This document shows, piece after piece, positions 12,641-26,868 of a stretch of 64,000 nt of DNA. The notes beneath the pieces are model-generated. The model saw only the letters and a list, made by a program, of their open reading frames with translations, was not told the DNA's origin and searched no databases. The DNA lies in NCBI GenBank assembly GCA_030141605.1, contig JAQGDQ010000445.1:130478-194477 (forward strand), read 5' to 3'. Origin of the DNA: Tubiluchus corallicola. Its lineage: Eukaryota > Animalia > Priapulida. Made by a program: the position numbers and the translations under genes. Within the stretch, counting starts at the first letter, position 1. Each line of letters begins with the position of its first letter.

Positions 12641-15600
12641 TATAATAGTCTCTGTTATATAGGTGTAGATTTGTTATTTACAGTTGGCGATAATAGCTCT
12701 TTCAGCTAATGTTAATTGTTGACTCAAAAGCCGAGTTTAATTTTTCTTCTACATACAGAACACGAATCAAATTGCTAACTCGACAGGTACGTTTGTATCA
12801 AGTGTAAGAAAATTTCAAAACAACGATGGCTGATCACTGAAACAGAATAACAATTTCTACTTTCGCATGTAGCCTATTTCACTTAGACCCTATAATAGCT
12901 GATACACACTGAAGTACACTAATACATAATAATAACGTAATTAATACACACAGTAACGTAATAATGATAACAATACTCATAATCATGCACATTTTCCAAG
13001 CATGCGTGGCGAGTATCTCCCAGTAAACAAAAGAGCATCCCATACGTGTTTATCACCTCTATTATACGTATTATCATCTGTGGTCAAAGGTCCCGTGAAT
13101 CAGCAGCTCTGCATAGCAATATGGCTGCTGTACATGAACTAGAGAGGTCCTACAGCCACACAGAGTAAAATTATTCGTATCACGGCACCAACTAACCCAT
13201 AATCAAACCCCAGACAACAACCTCCGTAACATGCCCTCTTACCTATTAGCCTAAAATGACCACCTTTTGTTTACACTACATACAATTATACAGTCCAGGC
13301 TAATCTGCCTGCAGAATTTATTCATTCGTAATAACAACTGCAATATAGTTAAGTGTTTTCCCCAACCCGTGTGCATATTATACCCTAGCTGCATAACAAC
13401 CTTCAATTTCAGTAAAATGAGTCACCGTTTTAACGTCGCCATTAATGTGATGTATTGTCTAGATGAGGCAAAACAAAATTTATCAGACAGGCACAGCAAA
13501 ACATTTGGATAAGATTGCAGGATATTATAAAGATTAGCTTAATATATACTGCTAATTTAAGACCCGCAGTCATGCAGAAGGTTCAAGAAATAAATGAACG
13601 TATAATAAGAAAGAAAAAAGCGCTCCTAAAGATATTTTTTAAATGAAAAATGGGTTAAAACTTATTTCAGCGACATCTGCACAAATTCTTTAAATTTCAA
13701 ACCAAATCATGCATTGAACAAAATCACGGATAATTTTAGTAAGCAATCAGTCTTTAATTTGTGTACAAAAGCAAAAGCTCAGAGTGCTTAAGCCTGAAAA
13801 GCAACAATAAAAACTGACGAAATCTGATACAGAAAGAAACAAAATTCACTTGCTTTCTATAAATTGTAATTTTGTCCTTACTGTAATCTCATGAGATGCA
13901 GAACTGCTAAGACTATATACACTAAGTGCAGGATGTTTAAAAACAAGATAGTCACAAATAAACAAAACGAAAAAGCACATTCTATTTACCATGCTTTCTA
14001 GTGTTCAATTACAGGACGAGCATTAAACACGTATCAATAATTATTATTTTCCAGGAACGTAACAGAGCAACATTCAAAACTCACAGACCTAAACAAGCAC
14101 TTTTAATGTATTCAGTTATGTACAATGAACGTTTAAAGTTTAAAACGGTTTTCCGCAAGGTTGTGTTCTAAGACCTTCTTTCTTTTTTACCTATATTACT
14201 TATTATTACTGCTATAGTGCTATGTTCAGTTTTGCATAGAGCATGCAGTGACAGATCACTTTTTATTGTTTATTCTAACAAAAACATGGTTGTACGTGTA
14301 TTAAGCTTAAGCGTATTGCACAAATTCAATCCGAAGGCACAGACAAAGCAGTACATTATATCACTCTGCTGAACGTAGGTCTGCTAATTGAAGCTCAACT
14401 CAAGAGTCATGGCGACGGATTACAAGTAGATAATGTAGAGTGCAGTCAGCAAGAGTGCGATTGATATAATCACAGCACTAAGCTGCGATACCGCAAGTCG
14501 AAAATTTTCCAATGAAGACTGGCGTCTTTAATGATAGCGCCTGATGAAGAAAATTACTCTAAATAAGATAATTACTAGGTGCATCAAATATCTTCAAATA
14601 ATTTCATGAACGAATCTGCAGTATTAAGACGACTTTCTGAAATCAATAAACTTGCGTATAACTAAATCATGTGCTAATTTCATATCAAAAAAGAACAAAA
14701 GACCTACTTTGTCTTTTCAAAAACAAAGGAATAAACTTCTAAAACAAAGCTGAAAGTGTTCTACTAAAATATCATTATATACTATATAATGATATATTAT
14801 ATTATTATATGCACACAAATGCTTTCTGCTTGAGCAAAATAAAGAATTCTAAAATAAAATGTTTCGTCGTTACTCGGTATTTAAGAAATCAGCATTTCCT
14901 ATAAAGAACCTATAATTAAAATATTTTTATAATTAGCAATATAAATTTAAGTTTGCTTAAATTAATCAAAAAGTTCATTAAAATAAATTTTAAAAAAATG
15001 AGGGCAGTATAACCTGTATACTTTGAATTACTTTCATCCGTAAATTTAAATTTTAGCAGTTAATGTTTAGTGAAAGCAGGAACCTACAATTTAAACGCAA
15101 ATTACATTGCTGCTGAGCAAAAGAACCAGTGAAACCCAAAGATCAACATTGCTTGTAGCACCAAAGTGTAAAAGAAAATTTATTGCCCATTACGTTACCT
15201 TAATAAAAAGCAAGCAAATAAACTTATTCATAAATAGGAACCATGTTTATAATAATTTACAGATCTAGTAACCTACTTACACAAATAAAAATATATACAC
15301 TTGCATTTAGTCTGGACAAGTAATAATATTCTTAGGCAGTTGTTAGAATGCCTATGGATCTCGTACTGAAATTAAAACTGGGCATAAGTATCAGGCCGTT
15401 TATATATTATGAACTTTAAAACTGTTTTATATAAGCTACGCTGGGCTGTGATAATGAAAATGGGAAGGTCACAAGTACAACATTGCAAGACAACATAATG
15501 TTCAGAAATTTTGCGCTAATTATATTCTCTGGTGAATGTTCCCTGGTAATTTTTCGAGTTGATATTCGATGATTTATTTTCTGTTTTTGATTATCGCACT

Positions 15601-15974
15601 ACGACTGGTTTTAAGTACATTTTATATTACTGGTCCTTTCGTTTCACTGAGCAACAAAGAGATATTAAATTATTACAAAAATAAGTTTAATTCATTTAGT
15701 TTTTTATAAGCAAAAGTTGCAAAGCATGCGCATTAATTCTACGTGTGAAGAATAGTTTGCCTTTGAGAACAACTTATGCTCAATACAAGGACACAGTTTT
15801 GTTTACTGAAATAAGTGAAGAAACATTGTTTTCATAATTGATTTCGTATTGTTCAATTGTTTAGGGCTAAACAATGTTCAAATTTGACATCGCACGCGAT
15901 CAACTTCACATTGTCTATTCAAACATTACAGTATAGCAAAAAACAGTACACATAACAATGGTCATAGTAAATTA

Positions 15975-16460
15975 GTAACTTCACACTGTTCCCTATTGTA
16001 CGTGCTGCTATATTGTCTATTGTTCTCTATTGTAGGGTCCCACACACATGTACTGAAATAAACAATGTTCACAACTAACTTCACATTGTTCCAATATTTG
16101 TATGCCCTTATATAACACTGCCTATGAAAACCATACTCGAACTTCGCATTGCAAAACACTAGTGATGATACTACAGTCGATACACAATTTTCGTTATAGA
16201 AACTTAGCATTGTTCTCTATTATAGGCCATACGCCTACACCTATCAAACACTGAAACAATGCTTACAACTAACTTTGCATTGCTCCACGTTCTATATGTT
16301 GTATGGTAACTTCGCATTGTTCTCTATTATAGGCCATAGGCCTACCCCTATCAAATACTGAAACAATGTTTAGTGTTTGGCATTGTTCCACGTTTTATAA
16401 GCTGTTTTATAACATTGCCTACTGAAACAAATAATCGATTTTAACTTTGCATTGTTCACG
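15975..16460. repeat. degenerate tandem repeat (AACTTxGCATTGTTC...CTATTATAGG units)
   Basis: Recurrent AACTT(C/T)(G/A)CATTG and TTCTCTATTATAGGCC motifs. Confidence 0.75.
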
Positions 16461-17369
16461 AAGCTTTGACACTATCTTATTTACACTAGGATGAATCCCT
16501 GTAAATGGGTTGCCTATAACTTTTCGCGGATCTTTATTCGTTCCCCAATTTATTCCCGTTCCCAGCCGTCCCGTCACTAATAGACGTGGAATAAAAGTCA
16601 ATTTTCCAGAAACCGCTCAAGTTGTCAAAATTACAGCTCAGCTCGTACACGCCAGCAGCATTTGCAAACCATCGCAATCACTGCTAATAACGAGGCCAGT
16701 CAGCTTCACTGTAGATCCCCAGCACTCAAATGGCTTCATTTATAACAGCAAGCGCACACAACAGCAGCAGCAGCAGGATTTACAGCAGCTACGGCTTCAG
16801 CGCGATGGACAAGTTAAATTTCCTCCTCAAAAACAAATAAAGAAAAATAGAAACTACCGCGTGCTGCCGCGATGTTTTTGCCCTAAATTTGCGCGTTTAA
16901 AAACGTCCATGGCGGCCATCAAAGCTTGCCGAAAGCTGAGCAAAATACATAAAATTGCAGAAAAACATGAATAGTAATGTACGCGGGCGAAAATCAAGTA
17001 TTTTTTCTGAGAGAAACGGCGCAGTTAAACCGAGCATAAAAATGCAAAATAGCAAAGTGTTATACACGATAAGATCCAGTTTATATGTCAAGTTATCGAA
17101 CGTTTATTTCCGAGGAGGCAGCGCATGTTGATAATGAGTTTTTTACTAGCGTTTAAGTAATTTAAAGCAGACAATTCTTGTACATGTTAGCACTGTGTAA
17201 ACCAGCATTACGCCAGGACTTGCGCCACTTTGTATGGGACATTGTGGTGGAACCGGGACCTGTAGTTGGCGAAGTGAAAGATGGACCCAAGTTCCAATAA
17301 AAATAAAAATTCAGAAAGTCTCTGAGATTTTAAACAATTAATAGACAAAGGGTAAAAAGGCAATTTTAA

Positions 17370-17645
17370 AGTGCATCTTAAAAAGTTTCCATTAAAAATT
17401 ATATTACTTAGCATTACGTTTAACCTATGTGAAACAGTTGCGTAATTGGAAAAGAAAATTCTTAGTAATTTAAAATATACGCGCCACCTAGTAAGACGCC
17501 ACTGGGTCACCTTCACAGTGTGCACCACTGACTCTCCAAAAACGTATTTTTAATCTTGTTCACACGATACAATAATTTAAGTTAGCGAAGTATGTGCCAA
17601 GAATGCTCTGATTAGTTTTCAAATTTTGCGCAACGTTATCTAGAC
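17370..17645 (-). mobile_element. Kolobok-like family D fragment
   Basis: Shares GTGTGCACCACTGACTC..CAAAAACGTATTTTTAATCTT..GAATGCTCTGATT with other family D copies. Confidence 0.65.
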
Positions 17646-17711
17646 ACGAAAGCAGCAAATATTTTTTGTCCAGATTCAAATAAAAACGCAACGAGGTAAA
17701 TGAATGAGGCA

Positions 17712-17891
17712 GTGTCATGCAGTATGACAGACAAACCCTTCCAAAAAAAACCCGACCCCTTCCTAGAGGTCGGTGTCATGCAGTATGACAGACAAACCTG
17801 TCAAAAAAACCCGACCCCTTCCTAGAGGTCGGTGTCATGCAGTATGACAGACAAACCCGTCAATAAAAAACCCGACCCCTTCCTGGAGGTG
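17712..17891. repeat. ~60-bp tandem repeat x3
   Basis: Units start at 17712, 17773 and 17832 (GTGTCATGCAGTATGACAGACAAACC...CCCGACCCCTTCCTAGAGGT). Confidence 0.95.
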
Positions 17892-19036
17892 GCTTTTCAT
17901 TTACTAGTCAGGCGGCAACTTCGATCACACCGTGACCGTTCCGCTATTTTCCTAGAACAATATTGTGAAAAATTTAGTTTATTGTAAGCCTAAAAACCCA
18001 ACAATAAAAATTTAATAATGATGATGATGATGACAATATAGGCCTCGAAAACAAAAACAAAATCAGTGATATTATTTTAAGATAATTATTAATAAAAATA
18101 AAAAGACATGACATTAATTGAACGGATATTATTAAAACAAACACCACAAATATGCCAGTAACTAGGATACTGGCATACCAGGTCATCAGTACAATCAACA
18201 TTGCACGCACAATGCTGTACGATTTTTTAATTAATCAGTCAAAATTAAACATAAATATGCATTTGTGTTCAGAACTGAATCATTACGAAAATGCCATTTT
18301 CTAATAAGGATAAATAAATTATGGATAGAATAGAGATGAGGTTGTAACTAATCATATTTCTTGTCGCTGATACAGTATAATATAAAATTCATCTACGGAC
18401 AAAGGCATACAAAACACTTTTATTTTTTATTTGTGTTAAATTACGAGAATTAAGGTATACAAAATTATTATTTTTAATGCGTTCAGCCTTTCAGTTTTGC
18501 TTAAATCGAAAAAACTTCTCATTAAACCAACTTTAATTATAAAGTGAAACTATGGGCCTACGCGATGTTTTGAAAGCATGATTAATGTACAGGAAAGTGC
18601 AAAATAAATCGTATTTGAACCAGTCAAGCAACTAAACATCACTCTGTGATAACACTGTGATGAAAAAATATCTATAGACAAGAACGTCGAGGAGTGAGTA
18701 TGTAAGCCTATATAAGACACTGTTTATAAATGAACGAATGTTCATTTGCTGACATAAACCTGTATTCTAGACTGATATAGACATAAAATAATATGGCAGT
18801 ATTGTCATTTATGGCTACTGTTACCTTGAAAATTGACAGCAGCTACAACAATATCTGAACAAAGTTTGGCCTCTCAAGTTACGCTGCTACGCTCAAACTG
18901 TATGCAATAAAATTGTGTATATGCTAGCTATTAAAGACTCTTTACTTGTCTCTTATCTGGACAATATTGTATTTGTATTTACATTAACGGATAATTACAT
19001 TTATATTGGTGACATGATAAATCAATCAATCAATGA

Positions 19037-19442
<406 letters not shown>

Positions 19443-19690
19443 GATTTATCAATTGCATTTATTCGTGTCACTAAGAATCATATCTTTGTTATTTTGAGTA
19501 ATATGGCGTTTCGGTTTAGAATTTCATTATAACTTTACACTATTCCCGTGACTCGGGATGACACGTTTCTAGCCTTCCTTCGTTTCTGGAACTTTCATCG
19601 TCCGTTTCACTTTCATTAAGACGCTAACTCGTGTTCATTCATTGACTAACAGTGACTAACTCCTGTTCATTCATTGACTAACAGACTTAA

Positions 19691-20154
19691 CCCTTTCAGT
19701 CCCAAATTATTTTTTATAAGAAAAATTTTTTTGGCTTGCTACTTTTGTTCAGTATATCCATGTTGTTTACACATAATAATTATTTTTTTCTACCTGTGTC
19801 CGCGTGCTAAATATAGCCTGCATCCCACGGGATACATTGGGATTCAACGGAAGCATAAAATGTGCTTCATTTTGCAACTGCTGATAATTTTTTAAAGTAT
19901 TTAAGACATTTAGTATGCATGCTGTGTTGATCTGTACAAAGTCGTCTCTAAAGTACTGTACCTTGAGCAGTTTTTTATGCTATGTAAATTTTCTAGTTTG
20001 TTTTTGACTTAAATTTTCCATTTTTAGTCTATTGTTATTGACTTAAATCAAAATAACTATTAACCGATCAAAGAACTGTCAGTTTTAAAATTTTATTGAT
20101 TTTAAAGGCAAAAAATATTCTCGTATCCCATGGGATACAATGGGTATGAAAGGG
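19691..20154. mobile_element. piggyBac-like MITE
   Basis: TTAA|CCCTTTCAGTCCCA ... TGGGTATGAAAGGG|TTAA, i.e. CCC...GGG termini with TTAA flanks. The internal ATCCCAxGGGATACA motif is repeated at about 19822 and 20125. Confidence 0.85.
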
Positions 20155-20164
20155 TTAAACTCCC

Positions 20165-21045
20165 CACTAAATGCCAGCAAACACCTCTTTAAAATCTGCA
20201 TCGCATCTTTTGCTGTTGTACGTTATAAAAGTTTGGGCGCCCAAATCATTACGATTATTTAGATGCAGTGCAGAAATGGACAAACTCTTGAATTTTTGAA
20301 CAGGCAACAAGAGACGTTTTACCAAAATCGAAACCAACACAAGTTTCAAGCAACCCAACGTGTTTTATCGAAGTCACAAAATTCGACCATTGAAAATTAA
20401 AGCTAGATTGTCTCGAACTATGAGATGAATTATTCAAAATCAAGAGTCTGGAACTAACATGCTTTGTGCAAACAAACTGAAAAAGCAATGAACGCACAAT
20501 AAAAGCAAATATTGAAACAGGCAAGTAACCAACCCTGCACGTCTCCCTGCCACAATCAGATCTGCAAAAGAGGAACCAGAAAGTCAATGAATTCTTATCA
20601 GAGAACCACTTCTGATTCGATTTGTAAGATAGCAAGGCAAATTGTAAGATAACCATTGTAAGGCAACCATTATAAAAAATCGTAGTGAAACCTTGACTGT
20701 GTCAAAGACAAAGATTAGTGGCTATCAGATTTGCAATAACACAGATCGTACTACAGAATCACTGAAGGACACCATGAAAAAACTCGCTGAAAAAAATTTC
20801 AACAAAAAATGTGTAAATGACTTACAGCTAACATATTATATTTGTCATTTGCAAGTAGAAGCTGCTGCAACTAGTTTGAAAAACGTGTATTTTTGAAGAC
20901 ACGTGTAGGTAGTAATTGTACTCTTTCTCTCCCATATCCATTTTAACCTGTCTCGTTTATTATTGTACGACTTTTATTGTTTTATGCAGTTAACTTTTCA
21001 CGAAGGTATAGCGTACTTTAATAAATAAATAAATAATTAAAATAA
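20165..21045 (+). mobile_element. highly decayed LINE ORF2 3' region (RTE-X-like)
   Basis: Remnant IETG(K/R) codons at about 20510 and E..HFL-like codons at about 20600. Ends in an (AAAT)n tail. Confidence 0.4.
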
Positions 21046-21204
21046 AACAGCGGCCTCTTTGGTTTATGTCTTTCAGAAACTACACCATTTTTAAATAAAT
21101 ACAATTTTATTTATCTCACCCTTCATTTCAGCTTAAAATCATCATTATAACGCACTAAAAATAAATTGCTATACACACACATACGGCACGCACACATATA
21201 TGTA

Positions 21205-21600
<396 letters not shown>

Positions 21601-22382
21601 AAAGTTGTGCAAAACGAAATGTTTTCATTTCAATTCGAAATAACAATCACGCCATTTTCTTTGCGATATTTTAGTAAATTTCAAGCTTCTCGATCAATCT
21701 ACATGCTATTTTTCCTGATTACTGAACAAATAATTTGTGTAGTCAATTTTTTCTAAAGATTATTTTCGACAAAAGTTATAAAGACGACATTAAATGTGTA
21801 ACTAGTCTCTGTCATAAAAGAAAACCGAATACACCGAACAGCCCATGCTATAAGATTCATCCGAAAATTGAAATTCCGCTGGCTTAATGCATGCAGCTTA
21901 TAAATCAGACAACATAAACATCACGTTGCTAGTGCAATCAGTAATTCTAAACTCGCCTTGCATCAACAACAACCCCCCCCCTCCCTTCTCCGTTTAGTTC
22001 AGCGACATCGGTAAACCGCACGCGCGCGCCGCTCAACCTGTTAAGCCTGAGCCGATTTGAATTATATAATATACAGCCTGCGCTGATTCATCACTCACAT
22101 ACCGCAGAAAATGTAAATTCACCATCACACAGCGCAGTCTTGTACGTACAGTAGCATCAACGCGCGCATGCAGCAGGCGCATCAGTATGCCTGACCACCC
22201 CTGCGCAGGAATGCAAGTGTCTGCAATATCGATCCACCGCTGCACAAATCTACCGTATTTTACAAAATTACAGCTGAACGATACAGTATAACTAGCACAG
22301 ACAGAAAACACGTGAAAAACAACAAGCATTTTATAAAATGAATTAAACGATGAAACGATATTATGTGTTTAAACGTACTTAC

Positions 22383-22720
22383 GGTTACTGCGTATGGCGC
22401 TCTATGCTTATCACACAATGCGGGTAGTTGCTCACGGTTGAAGCGTTGTATGGGACTTGCGGCAGCTAGCTATTGATGAGTGGAAGAAGTGCAAGAAGCG
22501 TCACGTGATCGACGTTCAGCCAATAGGCAACGGCGTCGTCACACGGTTTTAGAGATGAACCCAACCATCGCAAATAAGCGAAGAATTCTGCATAAACTTT
22601 GTCCCTAGGCGATGGATGGATCGAATAACCGCAAGAGCATGAAATCAAACGGCTGCCGAATAGAGCTGACTGCGACGTAGGCTTCCGGAAAAACCCGCAA
22701 ACAGGAAACAATAGAAAATA
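22383..22720 (-). promoter_or_regulatory. candidate Pol II promoter and non-coding first exon
   Basis: CpG-rich. TCACGTGA E-box at 22501-22508, AGCCAATAG CCAAT box at 22518-22526, TTCCGGAA ETS-like site at about 22684. Minus-strand donor GTAAGT at 22382-22377; no ATG in the putative exon. Confidence 0.5.
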
Positions 22721-23290
22721 GCTAAGGTATAACTTCTAAATTAATGTCAGCACGCAACATGGACAATTTTATACTCCGTAAACGCTGAATATAGGAAAAG
22801 GATAACAAGACAGAAACCTTAATTCTTTAACAACGAAATCCAGACACTAGATAATTCTGTTTAACTGCGACAGCAAATAGAGATAGACTACAGTACGATA
22901 CCTCTCTATACGAATCACCAGATGCTAGCATAATGCAAACAGAAAAAAACAACTTCATAATCTGCGAATACGAAGAAATAAAAGTCTATAATAGGATCAA
23001 CAATATTTCGCAATGATGTAGACGTTGTATGAGCTAATGAAGAAAAGACAACGTCTCAAAATATATTTCAACACGTGAAAGAATTTCCAAATGAAACATT
23101 ATCACCACCGTGACAAAAAAACTTCTAAAGATTTTATCCTAATTTTTGAATTGGTTGAAATATTAGCGAGATACGTAGAGAATCTTTATAAACTGCGCTA
23201 CACATTTCTTATTATTTCACGATGAACCTATGAAATTAATGAAATAAAGGATAAGCTATAACTAGGAAAGGGAAAAGACAAATATACTCT

Positions 23291-23730
23291 AGTAAGTAAG
23301 TAAGCGCAATTTATTGTCATTATAGCATAATACGTGCAATGAAATTTATGTGGTTTTACGTACTGCAATAACTTATGGAAACAACAAGGAGATTAACACA
23401 AATAACTCAATCAGTTGTACACTGACATAGAGAATTAATATTGGAGATTTACTGAAATTTACTGTTGATGGGGCGAATTGCAATGGGATAGAAAGAATTT
23501 AAAATTCTTGTGGTTTTAGCGTTAATTGAGCGGAATCTACGACCAGAGGGGAGCATTTCAAAGTTTTATTAGCTGGATGGAATTCATCTTTCATGATATC
23601 TTGCGCTCTCTCTGCGATCCTGGTTTCATACAAATGTGCCATAGATTACTGTTCAATTCCTACAATTTCTGAGGCGTATTTAACAATTTGATCAAGTATT
23701 TTCTGTACTTACCTAGCATTATCAACATAC
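23291..23730 (-). mobile_element. Rex1/Babar-clade LINE 3' fragment
   Basis: Minus-strand translation (one frameshift) gives DIMKDEFHPANK/FEMLPSGRRFRSINAKTTRILNSFYPIAIRPIN, the Rex1-type C-terminal motif. Has a (CTTA)n tail; second copy at 55543-56518. Confidence 0.85.
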
Positions 23731-24289
23731 AACTGGCCGCAGTTTGTACTATAGGCCTGCGTACATTTGCCGCAACGTATAAGATTTGATGAAACAGAGA
23801 AATTTGAGGCAGGAAAAAAAGGGATCGCTCCCATACCCATTTAATTTTTTTATTTTCATTAAATATTCGCGGTGCACTTCATGAGCACCACATAAAACTA
23901 GAAAGTGCTTGAAATTAATGCAAATTAGGAACTCCAGCTGTTTACTGAAAATGTCTATGCTGCACTCTATGCACCTACGATGAATTACGCAGTAGGACAC
24001 CTAGACATCAAACTCAAATGAGAGCTGTAAGGACTTTTCAAAGTCACCCCTGAATTTCATACCGCTTCAAAAAACTGCCTTCAACAAAACCCGCATGCGC
24101 TAGGCCATAGATATGCATACGAGTAATCGAAGAATCATCAGAAACTAATTTGGCAAATCAGCTGTGAGCACGTATAGGATAGTAGATTTATGAAAAGTAA
24201 TTCGTACACACAAATACTTTTATCCGTAACTTTTAACTAGTCCTTTTTATCTGTATATATATATATATATAATATATATATATAATAAT

Positions 24290-24770
24290 CTTTATTTGCC
24301 ATTAAAATACATTGATAATCACTGATAAAAACTTTACAGAGATGATCAATCAGCGTTAGTTAATAAAAACTTACACTGCTAAAGGCAAATGCGTCAGTGC
24401 AATCTAAACTACTGTGCAGTAATGGAAAGTAACGACGAATAAAATCAAACATATTTACAACTATGCACAAAAAATGAAAAAAAAACTATGATTTAATTAA
24501 TATGACCGTGGATATATAAATTCTGAATTAGTGTGCATGTTGTCGTACTGGTGTGATGGTATTTCATATCTGGTTAATATTGGTGATTTTAATTTTGTTT
24601 TAAATGCTGATAGGGACTTGATTTGTTTAACCTGAAATGGTAGAGAATTCCAAAGGAGAATTGCTTGCTTGATTACAGAGTTCGTTCCGTAGTGGGCGTT
24701 TGTCATAATTTGTTTTAGATTACTTGTTCTGGAATTAACGATAGGATTTGGAAAAAAGCTAAAATTTTAT
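24290..24770 (-). mobile_element. CR1/L2-group LINE 3' end, family E
   Basis: ORF 24497-24706 has LWNSLPxxVKxIKSLSAFKTKLK, typical of a CR1/L2 ORF2 C-terminus. A reverse-complement copy lies at 45423-45745. Confidence 0.85.
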
Positions 24771-24819
24771 TCTGTTCCGTAGGCCTCTAGCCTGCTTTTG
24801 ATCACGCTTTAACACTTTA

Positions 24820-25292
24820 CACTTAATAAAGATCACGTATTAATAAAAAAAATGTCTAATGCGAACCGTATACATTCTCTCGAACAGAAAATGGTTTCAG
24901 TCGTGTGTAGAAGAGTGTTGAATACAACATCGTACGAAGACGTTTGATAAACCCACATCAACTGCTTTCACATCTTACAATTTCTTGTAAATATTTTTAA
25001 TAAAAATTACGTATTAAATAAAAAATTGTGTAGTGCGAACCACATACATTCTCTAGAATTTTCAATTGAGTGTAAAAAAGTGTTAAATACGACGTACGAA
25101 GACGTTTGATGAACTCACACCAACTGCTGTCACGTCTTAAACTTTTTTGTACATATTTTTAATATTTTTTAATAAAAATCACGTCTTAAATAAAAAATTG
25201 TGTAATGCGAACCACATACATTCTCTAGAACTGTCAATCGTGTGTAAAAAAGTTTTGAATACACCGTGCGAAGACGTTTGATAAACCCACAC
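24820..25292. repeat. ~175-bp diverged tandem repeat, about x2.7
   Basis: Recurrent TGCGAACCxxATACATTCTCT and CGAAGACGTTTGAT motifs. Confidence 0.85.
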
Positions 25293-26249
25293 CTACAGCA
25301 GCGAATCAACAATTCAGAAAGAACCTGCCCATAGCTGCTCAAAGCCTCAGACTCAGCACTGTGGTGGCAGCCATGTTGGAAAATTTGCTTGCAGGGTGAA
25401 GCAATTTTTTCAGCTCAAAGGCTATCATCAGCCAATAATTACAGCACAGCTACTGTATGACCGAATTGTAAGAAAAATATGTGCATTACGAATAGGCGGG
25501 GCAGTCATTCTTACTCACCCAATTATTTAACAAATAATTAATACAGAGCTCGATAATTATTAGGCTATAAAACCGCGCGGGTCACGTGACATATATGCCG
25601 GTAGTTTAGGCTCTCAGCAATCGTAAACGTCTGTAATGGCGTTGTAGTTTGTCTTGTTATTAACTCATTAGATTGTTCATTAGTTAAGTAATTATGCAGG
25701 TTAATTACAGGTGAAACGCCGACACGATACATTTTTACCGTGAACTAAGTTAAGAATAATTCCAACATTTCACTCACGCAGAATCCAATATTTCTCAATA
25801 GGCCGATAGTGCTTTTAATATATATTTGGGACTATCCATAGGTTTTTGAAAAGCATAAAAATATTCCCACATACTGTAAGTCCTTATAAAATGGGCCACA
25901 TATCAAAAAAAAATCAAGTATTAAGTTCGGCAAACTATTGTTGATAATTGATTTAGCTGTGATCAACTTTCGTGTTGAATTTACATTTTGCTTCAAATTA
26001 TAGCATCTCTATAAAATGCACATAAGATAAAGGTAAGTTGTTAATAGGTCTAAACACAAATGAAATGCGAAACTGTGACATTTACGGTTTTACTTTACAC
26101 CACACGAAACCAAGTGGTGTTCGCCTAAATTTTATTTTGAGGAGACTTATCACAATATTTCTGGAACGTCATAATTAATTTATAATATAGAGCGAACATT
26201 ACATATAAACCGAACGATTTCTGAATGCTTTTACGATGTTTATGGTTAG

Positions 26250-26868
26250 AGGAAGACAGAATGGTTTTTCCTATACTACCCCATCTTCAAGTCGGATAAA
26301 AAATATACATTTAAAACAATTAATACCGCTCAAGCGTTTCTGATCATTAAATAATAAATAAAAAACTTAGTTAACGGCGGGCGAGCGCAACTATTAATGA
26401 CATCACAAACTAACATAATTTCCAACTGCATAAATATTCCATGAGCGTGTTGAACGTGTTTGCGAAAGCGAAAATTGAAGTGCAGTGCTACTGTAAAATA
26501 TTCAGTGTGTTGTACTAAAACTAGGCAAGTTTTAAGATAAAAATTCAAATTTCAAATTTACTGCTGTGCTAATGCACGAGATATGGAACGTGTGTAGTTC
26601 GTCACAAACTAACACATCTGAACTGAGATACAGCACCTGTTTTTTGTGCAACGTACTTCTGTAATGCAGGTACTAGTGCCCGTCTAACTAGCGAGTGGGG
26701 AAATGCATGTAACAGCGAAGAACTAGTGGCGCGAACGTGAAATTATGTTTGTGCGGTAATAATTCTTTCACGCAAGTCAACTTTTTAAAAAAATAGTTAT
26801 GTTTCCTTTCAATATTTCAAAGAGGAGATTGTTTTGACCTACAGTTAAAGATCGCATCTGGTTTTGCT
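26250..26868 (+). mobile_element. Kolobok-like MITE family C
   Basis: (TTAG)AGGAAGACAG ... GGTTTTGCT|TTAA. Collinear with 42132-42752, 54323-54852 and 57399-58014. Confidence 0.85.

Noticed and set aside
15436-15453. Minus-strand TATCACAGCC, matching the miR-2 5' end
   Set aside because: Only about 10 nt match, and there is no convincing complementary arm.
16510-16974. 154-aa ORF with a poly-Q run
   Set aside because: TTG start, no recognisable domain and no flanking splice signals. The region looks like a CpG-richer regulatory island with a short CAG run.
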